A stretch of 64,000 bases of DNA, taken from Thermodesulfovibrionia bacterium. GTDB taxonomy: Bacteria; Nitrospirota; Thermodesulfovibrionia; UBA6902. The position numbers and the translations under genes are program-made. The first letter of the stretch is position 1. Each line of letters starts with the position of its first letter. The notes beneath the pieces were generated by a model. The model saw nothing but the letters and a program-made list of their open reading frames with translations, made no database searches and was not told where the DNA came from. Below, piece after piece: positions 57,026 to 64,000 of this stretch. The stretch is from contig JAGVGM010000277.1 of assembly GCA_020057065.1 (NCBI GenBank), forward strand, positions 1,794 through 65,793. Reading direction: 5' to 3'.

Positions 57026-59326
57026 TTGTTGAATAAAGCCTTCTCGTTTGTGGATCAACCGCTAAAAACTCTAAATAAATGTTGCGAATTGATCATATTG
57101 TCTTTATTAATAGTGACCTTTCCGCTGTATGCTTTCGCTGAGTCCGGTCCGTCAATTAAGTCCATCGAGATACAGGGGAACAGGAAAGTCAGCAGTGAGG
57201 CAATATATTCAAAATTGAAAAGCAAAGTAGGAGATAACTTTTCAGAAAATCTTGTTCAGGACGATATACAGAAATTATACAGCATTGGATATTTTGATGA
57301 CATCAGTGTTGACATTGATTCGTTTGAAGGAGGGGTCAAGCTTGTCTATTTTTTCAAAGAAAAACCAACTATTACCAGTATAGATTTTCAGGGTAATAAA
57401 GAATTTGAAGCCAAGGACCTGAAGGAAAAGATAACGTTGACGTCAGGGGCCGTTGCCAATTTGCCTCTCATTCAGGATAACGCACAAAAAGTCATTTCTT
57501 TCTATCAGTCGGAAGGATACTGGCTTGTCAGCGTGCTGCCGGTAATCAGGGAAACCTCAAAAGATGCCGTAGCCCTGACTTTTCAGATTGATGAGGGGCC
57601 CAAGGTTGTGATCAAGGATATAGTGATCGAAGGCAATAAGATCGTTCCTGAAAAGGACATCAAAAAAGCTATGGAGACAAAGGAGAGATGGCTGTTCTCA
57701 TTTATCACCGGATCGGGACTGTATAAAAAAGATCAGATCAGAGGAGATATTGAAAGGATCAAGGAACTTTATCTTAATAAGGGCTTCCTTCATATTGCGG
57801 TCTCAGAACCTGAGATTTCCCTTAGTCAGGACAAGGAAGAGCTTTCTATTAAAATATCAGTATCTGAAGGGGATCAATATAAGGTCGGCAGTCTGAACGT
57901 TAAAGGCAATTCCGTATTTACTGATTCAGAACTTCTTCAGAAATTAAAAATTGCTTCCGGGCAGATTTTCAGCCGGAGCGTATTAAGAACAGACATAGAC
58001 AATATTCTGGACCTCTATATGGAAAAGGGTTACGCGCTTTGTGACGTCAATCCGCTGGTTGATGTCAATGAACTTGAAAAAATCGCAAATATTACCTTTT
58101 CTGTTACTGAAGGGGATATATTCAGGATAGGAATGATCGAGATCTCCGGAAATGCAAAAACCCGCGATAAAGTCATCAGGAGGGAAATAAGACTGGACGA
58201 AGGCGACATATTTAACAAGAAACTTCTAACGAGGAGTTTTCAGAGAATAAATAACCTCAATTTTTTCGAGAACGTTGATATTGCGCCGTCTCCGCGTCCG
58301 GCAGAGAAACTTGTCGATCTTAAAGTCAACGTAAAGGAAAAAATGACCGGTATGTTAAGTATCGGCGGCGGATACAGTTCAGTTGATAAATTTATGGTAA
58401 TGGGAGAAGTTACCCAGGCGAACCTTTTCGGTAAGGGCCTGTATCTTAAATTTAAAGCTGACTTTAGTGCGATAAGGACCAATTATAATATTTCACTCAG
58501 GGATCCATGGTTTATGGATAAACCTGTCTCTGCATCGATCGGTCTTTATAATGATACTTTTCAATATCCGGATTATGATAAGAAAGCGACGGGAGGGTCC
58601 GTAGGATTTGGGAAAGAGCTGTCTGAATATGTTCAGGGTAATATTACATATGACCTTGAAAGGGTTAGTATTACGAACATATCAAGAAATGCCTCAGATA
58701 TTATTCAAGAGCAGGAAGGCATAAGGGTCACAAGCAGCATAAGTCCCTCAATCTCGAAAGATACACGTGATAATTATCTGGATCCCTCAAGCGGGTACAG
58801 AAACTCCCTTTACTTAACTATCGCAGGTCTTGGAGGTGACAACTATTTTGTAAAGGAGGTCCTTGATTCTGTAGGATATTTTCCTTTCAAATGGGATACC
58901 ACCTTCAGTTTACGCGGACGCCTTGGTCTGGCAGCCGGCTATGCCGGCAAAAAACTTCCTCTTTATGAAAGATTCTATGTCGGCGGTATTAATACTGTCA
59001 GGGGGCTTAGCTTTGGTGAAGCCGGCCCAAAGGATGAAAATGGCGACGAGATAGGTGGAAATGTGGAAGCGATATTTAACGCTGAATTTATATTCCCGTT
59101 AGTATCAGATGTTAAGCTGAAAGGGCTTACATTCTTTGATTATGGCGCTTCCTTTGATAAGGATGTTACGAAGTATTCCCTGAAAGATATGAGGCCGACA
59201 GCCGGTTTCGGCTTCAGATGGTTGTCGCCATTTGGGCCGATAAGACTTGAGTGGGGATTTAATCTGGATCCGAGGGAGAATGAAAGCAAAAGTAAACTCG
59301 AATTCTCAATAGGAGGATTATTTTAA
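57026..59326 (+). CDS. bamA: Outer membrane protein assembly factor BamA
   Basis: Five POTRA-like repeats (IKSIEIQGNRKVS..., ITSIDFQGNKEF..., IKDIVIEGNKIV..., VGSLNVKGNSVF..., IGMIEISGNAKTRD) plus an Omp85 barrel ending ...EFSIGGLF. The TTG start at 57026/57029 follows AAGGAG. The ORF-track start is 56966. Confidence 0.9.
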   Translation: MLNKAFSFVDQPLKTLNKCCELIILSLLIVTFPLYAFAESGPSIKSIEIQGNRKVSSEAIYSKLKSKVGDNFSENLVQDDIQKLYSIGYFDDISVDIDSFEGGVKLVYFFKEKPTITSIDFQGNKEFEAKDLKEKITLTSGAVANLPLIQDNAQKVISFYQSEGYWLVSVLPVIRETSKDAVALTFQIDEGPKVVIKDIVIEGNKIVPEKDIKKAMETKERWLFSFITGSGLYKKDQIRGDIERIKELYLNKGFLHIAVSEPEISLSQDKEELSIKISVSEGDQYKVGSLNVKGNSVFTDSELLQKLKIASGQIFSRSVLRTDIDNILDLYMEKGYALCDVNPLVDVNELEKIANITFSVTEGDIFRIGMIEISGNAKTRDKVIRREIRLDEGDIFNKKLLTRSFQRINNLNFFENVDIAPSPRPAEKLVDLKVNVKEKMTGMLSIGGGYSSVDKFMVMGEVTQANLFGKGLYLKFKADFSAIRTNYNISLRDPWFMDKPVSASIGLYNDTFQYPDYDKKATGGSVGFGKELSEYVQGNITYDLERVSITNISRNASDIIQEQEGIRVTSSISPSISKDTRDNYLDPSSGYRNSLYLTIAGLGGDNYFVKEVLDSVGYFPFKWDTTFSLRGRLGLAAGYAGKKLPLYERFYVGGINTVRGLSFGEAGPKDENGDEIGGNVEAIFNAEFIFPLVSDVKLKGLTFFDYGASFDKDVTKYSLKDMRPTAGFGFRWLSPFGPIRLEWGFNLDPRENESKSKLEFSIGGLF

Positions 59327-59332
59327 TATTTA

Positions 59333-59348
59333 GCTGACAGCTGTCAGC
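59333..59348. repeat. 16-bp perfect palindrome GCTGACAGCTGTCAGC between bamA and skp
   Basis: Read directly from the sequence. Related GCTGA(C/T)(A/C)G arrays occur at 63592-63677. Confidence 0.85.
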
Positions 59349-59375
59349 CATTAGCTAATTTTATAGGGAGGTTTT

Positions 59376-59912
59376 ATGAAAAGAGCAGTTTTAATGGCGG
59401 TTGTATTATTGTTTATGTTTGCATTAGGAGCACAGGCGGCGGATCTGAAGATTGGTTATGTGGATTTAAACAAGGCGCTGAATGAATCGGATGCAGGTAA
59501 AAAGGCGGTGAAAACGTTAGAAGAAATATTCAAGACCAAGCAGGCTGTAATAGATGAAAAACAGAAGGAAATCAGGAAGCTTGATGAAGAACTGGCGAAA
59601 CAGACCTCTATACTTAACCCTGATGCCTTGAAAGGAAAACGTGAAGATTTCGAAAGGCTCAAAAGAGATTTTCAGAGAATGATAAAAGATTCTGAAGAAG
59701 AGGTCGAAAAAAAGCGGGCTGATTTTATGGATCGCATAATTAAAGAACTCAGTGAAACCATCAGGAAAACCGGTGAAGAGGAAGGTTATGCAGTGATCCT
59801 TGAAAAAAATGAAGCCGGCTTGATTTATTCTTCTGAAAAATTGGATCTAACGGACAAGATTGTTAAGAAGTACAATGAAGCATCGAAGGCTGAAAAGAAG
59901 AGTGATAAGTAG
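59376..59912 (+). CDS. skp: OmpH/Skp-family periplasmic chaperone
   Basis: Signal peptide, a K/E-rich coiled-coil, and the conserved position between bamA and lpxD. Confidence 0.88.
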   Translation: MKRAVLMAVVLLFMFALGAQAADLKIGYVDLNKALNESDAGKKAVKTLEEIFKTKQAVIDEKQKEIRKLDEELAKQTSILNPDALKGKREDFERLKRDFQRMIKDSEEEVEKKRADFMDRIIKELSETIRKTGEEEGYAVILEKNEAGLIYSSEKLDLTDKIVKKYNEASKAEKKSDK

Positions 59913-59936
59913 TAAAAAGATTTTTATGGCTCTCAT

Positions 59937-60941
59937 ATGAAACTCAAAGAATTAGCATACCTCATTGGCGGCAAGGTTTCAGGCAGTCAGGAAATTGAGA
60001 TCACGGGCGCAGCCGGGATAACTGATGCAAAACATGGAGACATTACCTTCCTTGCCGGCAAAAAACATTTAGGGGATATTTTAAATACAAAGGCCTCGGC
60101 CGTAATTGCAAAAGAGGAGATAGAAGGATTGTCAGCGAGTATCCTTGTCTCTGACAACCCCTATTTTACATTTGCCCGTGCATTGGAAGTTTTTCACGTA
60201 AAACCTTTTAAACCCATAGGGATCAGCGATAAGGCAACTGTTTGTACCGGTGCAAGTATTGGCAAAGACGTTTCAATTTATCCGAATGTTTATATAAGCA
60301 GCAATGCTGTTATAGGCTTAAGGGTCATATTATATCCAGGGGTATTTATTGGTGAGGGGACATCGATCAGCGATGACTCAATTATCTATCCTAACGCAAC
60401 TATAAGAGAGAATGTGAAGATAGGCAGGAAAGTAATAGTACATGCAGGCGCTGTTATAGGCGCTGATGGTTTTGGATACATATTTGAAAAGGGAACGCAC
60501 TATAAAATACCGCAAGTCGGCGGAGTGATAATTGGAGACAATGTGGAGATAGGTGCAAATGTTACCATAGATAGAGCAACAACCGGGAATACAGTTATAG
60601 GTTCAGGGACAAAGATAGACAACCTGGTTCAGATCGGTCATAACGTTAACATAGGCAAAAATTGTCTAATGCTCGGGCAGGCGGGTATATCCGGCAGTGT
60701 GGAGATGGGTAATGGGGTTATTCTCGCGGGGCAGGTCGGAGTGAGAGACCATGTAAAAATAGGCAATGGCGTTATGGTAGGCTCTCAATCAGGCATAGCC
60801 GGTGATATAGCAGATAACCAGATATATTCCGGAAGTCCCGCTATTCCGCATAAAACATGGCTTAGGGCGCAAAGTATTTATTCAAAACTGCCTGAGTATA
60901 TTAAACGCTTGCATGAAATTGAGAGGAAGATTGATAAATAA
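59937..60941 (+). CDS. lpxD: UDP-3-O-acylglucosamine N-acyltransferase
   Basis: MKLKELAYLIGG..., LbH hexapeptide repeats and GFGY. It lies within lpxD-fabZ-lpxA synteny. Confidence 0.92.
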   Translation: MKLKELAYLIGGKVSGSQEIEITGAAGITDAKHGDITFLAGKKHLGDILNTKASAVIAKEEIEGLSASILVSDNPYFTFARALEVFHVKPFKPIGISDKATVCTGASIGKDVSIYPNVYISSNAVIGLRVILYPGVFIGEGTSISDDSIIYPNATIRENVKIGRKVIVHAGAVIGADGFGYIFEKGTHYKIPQVGGVIIGDNVEIGANVTIDRATTGNTVIGSGTKIDNLVQIGHNVNIGKNCLMLGQAGISGSVEMGNGVILAGQVGVRDHVKIGNGVMVGSQSGIAGDIADNQIYSGSPAIPHKTWLRAQSIYSKLPEYIKRLHEIERKIDK

Positions 60942-60946
60942 TATAT

Positions 60947-60975
60947 GTAGGGGCGGGTTTTAAACCCGCCCCTAC
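60947..60975. repeat. REP-like perfect hairpin GTAGGGGCGGGT-TTTA-AACCCGCCCCTAC
   Basis: A 12-bp GC-rich stem sits inside the lpxD-fabZ intercistronic gap with no T-tract after it. Confidence 0.85.
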
Positions 60976-61001
60976 AAGTTGAAACAAGGAGGGATATTAA
61001 C

Positions 61002-61442
61002 ATGTTGGACTGTCTTGAAATTCAAAAGATACTGCCGCACAGATTTCCCTTTCTTCTGGTCGACAGGATTATTGACTTGCAGCCAGGGGAAAAAGCTGTC
61101 GGCATTAAAAACGTGACGATCAATGAACCTTTTTTTCAGGGCCACTTCCCTAATTATCCGATCATGCCCGGCGTTCTGATCGTGGAGGGCATGGCCCAGG
61201 TAGCCGGGATTCTCGCTTTTCATTCAGGCACAAAAGGCAATATGGTGTACTTCATGAGTATTGAAAAGGCTAAATTCAGAAAACCTGTGGTTCCGGGGGA
61301 TCAATTACGTTTTGAGGTCCGGATGCTTCAGCATAGAAACAATGTTTGGAAATTCTCTGCTGAGGCCTTTGTTGAAGAAAAACTTGTTGCGGAGGCGGAA
61401 TTTACTGCAATGGTATCAGGAGAGGGGTTGACAAATGGCTAA
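61002..61442 (+). CDS. fabZ: 3-hydroxyacyl-ACP dehydratase FabZ
   Basis: [14 protein letters not shown] and [26 protein letters not shown]. Confidence 0.95.
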   Translation: MLDCLEIQKILPHRFPFLLVDRIIDLQPGEKAVGIKNVTINEPFFQGHFPNYPIMPGVLIVEGMAQVAGILAFHSGTKGNMVYFMSIEKAKFRKPVVPGDQLRFEVRMLQHRNNVWKFSAEAFVEEKLVAEAEFTAMVSGEGLTNG

Positions 61443-62214
61443 AACCAGGATTCACCCAACAGCAATTGTAGCTCCAGATGCAAAACTTTCAGACGGTGTG
61501 GAGATTGGTCCTTATTGTATTATTGGCGATAATGTGAAGATCGGCAAGAACACCACGCTTGCCGCACACGTTGTCATTGAAGAGGCGGAAATCGGTCAAA
61601 ACTGCAATGTGTATCCATTCACCTCAATAGGTCTTCCACCGCAGGACAGCAGATATAAGGGGGAGAAAACAAAAGTCAAGATCGGCGATGACAATATCAT
61701 AAGAGAATACATAACAATACATCGCGCCTCTGTCAGTGGAGACGGAGTCACAAGAATAGGAAATAATAATTTTTTAATGGCTTATGTGCATATAGCCCAT
61801 GATTGCCACGTTGGAAACAATATTATTATGGCAAATGCAACTACGCTTGCGGGACATGTAGTGGTGGAGGACTTTGCATTTATCGGCGGACACGTAGCAG
61901 TTCACCAGTTTGCACGGATAGGGGCGCATTCAATGATAGGCGGTTTCAGCGCTATACCGCAGGACATCCCTCCATATACAACAGCCGCCGGTGAGAGGGC
62001 CAAGCTTTACGGGTTGAATACTGTTGGGCTTAAAAGGCGTAATTTTTCTGATGCAACGATCAGCGACCTGAAAAAGGCATATAAAATATTGTTCCGCAGC
62101 AAGCATACCCTGAAAGAAGCGATAGACAAGGTCAAACATGATTTGGGTCAGTCGGAGGAAGTTAAAAACTTCATCAAGTTCATAGAAAAAAATAAAAGAG
62201 GTATATGCCGGTAA
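61435..62214 (+). CDS. lpxA: Acyl-ACP--UDP-N-acetylglucosamine O-acyltransferase
   Basis: IHPTAIV..., LbH repeats, [10 protein letters not shown] and [10 protein letters not shown]. Confidence 0.95.
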   Translation: MAKTRIHPTAIVAPDAKLSDGVEIGPYCIIGDNVKIGKNTTLAAHVVIEEAEIGQNCNVYPFTSIGLPPQDSRYKGEKTKVKIGDDNIIREYITIHRASVSGDGVTRIGNNNFLMAYVHIAHDCHVGNNIIMANATTLAGHVVVEDFAFIGGHVAVHQFARIGAHSMIGGFSAIPQDIPPYTTAAGERAKLYGLNTVGLKRRNFSDATISDLKKAYKILFRSKHTLKEAIDKVKHDLGQSEEVKNFIKFIEKNKRGICR

Positions 62215-63059
62215 AGACAGGGGACAGGGGACAGGAGTCAGGGTTTACTTTAGGGCTCATTGCCGGAATGGGCGGGCTGCCAAGAGCGATAGCTTCGGAG
62301 GCGAGAAGGATGGGCTGCAGAGTCGTTGGAATTGCGCTTCAACCTCTTGCCGATGAATCTCTGAAGCCCTTTGTAGATGATTTTTATAAAATAAATATCG
62401 GGCGTTTAGGGGGATTGATCTCCCTGCTGAAAAAGCTCTCGATCACAAATGCAGTTATGGCAGGAAAAGTACCAAAGGAAATTTTATATAAACACAAAAC
62501 CAGCATCATCCCGGACATAAAAGCCGTTAAACTTTTTTTTTCATTAAAGAACCGCTCAGACGACACTATTATGAGTGCGGTTGTGCATGAGCTCGAAAAG
62601 AACGGTATCAAACTCCGTAACACTACGGAATTCACAAAAGATCTTTTGGCCTCTGCAGGAGTGTTGACTAAGAAAAAACCAACAAAAGATGAATTAAGGG
62701 ATATCGAATTCGGCTTTGAAATAGCCAAAGAAATAGGTCGGCAGGACATCGGGCAGACAGTGGTTGTGAAGGACCTGGCCGTAATGGCGGTCGAAGCGAT
62801 AGAAGGTACGGATGAAGCTATAAAACGGGGCGGAAGCCTCGCAAAAAAAGATGCTGTTGTTGTAAAGGTCAGCAAGCCGAAGCAGGACCTGCGTTTTGAC
62901 GTCCCTGTTGTCGGCACGGATACACTTCGCTCCATGAAAGCAGCTTCAGCAAAGATTTTAGCGCTTGAAGCAGAGAAATGCATCATTATTGACAAAGAGA
63001 TGTTTATTAAAGAGGCTGATAAAGAGGGGATGGTCGTTGTTGGCATTAAGTTTGAATAA
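62205..63059 (+). CDS. lpxI: UDP-2,3-diacylglucosamine diphosphatase LpxI (DUF1009)
   Basis: LGLIAGMGGLP and GQTVVVKDLAVMAVEAIEGTDEAIKRGG. The first roughly 13 codons translate a GACAGGG tandem repeat. Confidence 0.85.
   Translation: MPVKTGDRGQESGFTLGLIAGMGGLPRAIASEARRMGCRVVGIALQPLADESLKPFVDDFYKINIGRLGGLISLLKKLSITNAVMAGKVPKEILYKHKTSIIPDIKAVKLFFSLKNRSDDTIMSAVVHELEKNGIKLRNTTEFTKDLLASAGVLTKKKPTKDELRDIEFGFEIAKEIGRQDIGQTVVVKDLAVMAVEAIEGTDEAIKRGGSLAKKDAVVVKVSKPKQDLRFDVPVVGTDTLRSMKAASAKILALEAEKCIIIDKEMFIKEADKEGMVVVGIKFE
62216..62243. repeat. Short tandem repeat (GACAGGG x3 then AGTCAGG)
   Basis: gacaggggacaggggacaggagtcaggg. It lies inside the lpxI 5' end. Confidence 0.8.
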
Positions 63060-63091
63060 TTACATTAGAAGTTTTAAGGAGGAGAAATATA

Positions 63092-63589
63092 ATGGCGGAT
63101 GAACATTCGTTCGATGTTGTAAGTAAAGTCGATCTGCAGGAGGTCTCCAATGCCGTTCAGCAGGCATTAAAGGAAATGGGACAGCGGTTTGATTTCAGGG
63201 GGAGCAAAAGCAATATTGAACTCGACAAAACAAAAAATGAAATTCTTCTCACATCCGATGATGAATACAGGCTGAAAAGCGTTATTGATATGCTGCAGAG
63301 CAAACTTATAAAAAGGCAGGTGCCTTTGAAGGCATTGAGCTATGGAAAAGTTGAGCCCGCGGCGTCAAACACCGTGAAGCAGATCATAACCCTTCAACAG
63401 GGCATTCCAACCGAAAAAGCCAAAGAGATCGTGAAGATCATCAAGGATACAAAGCTCAAGGTCCAGTCTGAAATACAGAAGGACCAGTTACGCATCAGGG
63501 CCAAGAAGATAGATGACCTCCAGGCAGTAATGAAGATTTTGAAGGAGAAAGATATGGAAGTTCATATTGATTTTGTGAATTACAGGTAA
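63092..63589 (+). CDS. yajQ: YajQ-family nucleotide-binding protein (UPF0234)
   Basis: SFDVVSKVDLQEVSNAVQQALKEMGQRFDFRGS, 165 aa. Confidence 0.9.
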   Translation: MADEHSFDVVSKVDLQEVSNAVQQALKEMGQRFDFRGSKSNIELDKTKNEILLTSDDEYRLKSVIDMLQSKLIKRQVPLKALSYGKVEPAASNTVKQIITLQQGIPTEKAKEIVKIIKDTKLKVQSEIQKDQLRIRAKKIDDLQAVMKILKEKDMEVHIDFVNYR

Positions 63590-63591
63590 AA

Positions 63592-63677
63592 TAGCTGTCA
63601 GCTATCAGCAGCTTAGATTAATTGATTATGTTGTTTTTGAAAATTAACTGAAAGCTGATCGCTGATTGCTGATAGCT
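63592..63677. repeat. Inverted GCTGATMGC-type oligomer arrays forming a long imperfect hairpin between convergent genes
   Basis: The left arm is TAGCTGTCAGCTATCAGCAGCT. The right arm is AGCTGATCGCTGATTGCTGATAGCT. Confidence 0.75.
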
Positions 63678-63687
63678 CTTTCTCATT

Positions 63688-64000
63688 TCATGAGATGGCG
63701 TCCCATACGGGCTTCTCGATAAATCGGGAAAGTGTTTGGGCGTCTTCACGCAGTTTACTCTCATTGCCGTGATCAACTACATTGATGCGCTTGCCGTCCT
63801 TCAGAATGAGATTTAACTCATAGCTGCGATAAGTATCATTGTCACTGCGGCAATTCTCAGCAACAAGCTGAAGCGCATGAATTTCCTCAAGCCTGGCAAA
63901 ATACTTCATCGTATTATTGTTAAAGTCCTTGTCCGGGTCTGTTCTGCCTTTCCAGAAGGATGCCTTTCTCTTGTCAAAAACAATGGGTGCAGTGAAATAG
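63688..64000 (-). CDS. Hypothetical protein; N-terminus probably beyond the window
   Basis: The minus-strand frame stays open from the ORF-track Met (63909) to the window end (...YFTAPIVFDKRKASFWKGRTDPDKDFNNNTMKYF...). No family was recognised. Confidence 0.5.
   Translation of the reverse strand, partial: YFTAPIVFDKRKASFWKGRTDPDKDFNNNTMKYFARLEEIHALQLVAENCRSDNDTYRSYELNLILKDGKRINVVDHGNESKLREDAQTLSRFIEKPVWDAIS

Noticed and set aside
62384-63046. 220-aa ORF on the minus strand
   Set aside because: It is antisense to lpxI, has a low-complexity Ser/Phe-rich translation, and lpxI fits the operon synteny.

Overview
This is an AT-rich chromosome segment from a diderm (outer-membrane-bearing) bacterium. 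It is dominated by a complete type-1 PEP-CTERM/exosortase (XrtA-like) exopolysaccharide system.

Layout:
- 3-24.7 kb: prsT (5' end cut by the window), an initiating sugar transferase, a Wza-like exporter, a PCP/BY-kinase pair, an OM barrel, an ExeA-like ATPase, a CE4 deacetylase, a FemAB-like protein, GT2/GT4 glycosyltransferases, a carbamoyltransferase, Wzx, a Wzy/O-antigen-ligase-like protein, an acetyltransferase and an AsnB-like amidotransferase.
- 24.7-38.3 kb: an accessory tailoring block. It holds two sulfotransferases, a methyltransferase, an 813-aa unknown, an SGNH hydrolase, a GT4, a sulfatase-like protein, an NPP-like alkaline-phosphatase-superfamily enzyme, a GT2 and a secreted jelly-roll protein.
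- 38.4-44.6 kb: a gene fragment plus a brnT/brnA toxin-antitoxin cassette, a 927-aa secreted protein, the exosortase, EpsI and an APS kinase.
- 44.6-48.8 kb: a secreted FN3/Cys-rich protein with a structured GC-rich leader, and two monocistronic PEP-CTERM substrate genes with textbook sigma-54 promoters.
- 48.9-56 kb: a Crp/Fnr regulator, then prsK and prsR separated by a CysD-like gene and an NPP-like gene.
- 56-64 kb: tRNA-Leu(UAA), hpt, bamA-skp-lpxD-fabZ-lpxA-lpxI, yajQ and a partial ORF.

Most interesting non-standard signals:
1. A DUF559 (Vsr-fold endonuclease) ORF is packaged between hairpin-bearing terminal inverted repeats. Gene-less versions of the same repeats are dispersed through the window, which looks like an autonomous element with MITE-like derivatives.
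2. A PAPS-synthesis and sulfotransferase module is embedded in the exosortase locus, including a CysD-like/NPP pair wedged between prsK and prsR.
3. A candidate GEMM-I-like c-di-GMP riboswitch sits in a GC-rich leader.
4. One 807-aa polypeptide carries a tandem-duplicated membrane GT2.
5. A TA cassette is bracketed by an 87.5%-identical duplicated gene 5' end.
6. There is a decayed HAF-repeat/PEP-CTERM gene.

All calls come from reading the sequence and recalling family motifs. No searches or folding programs were run.
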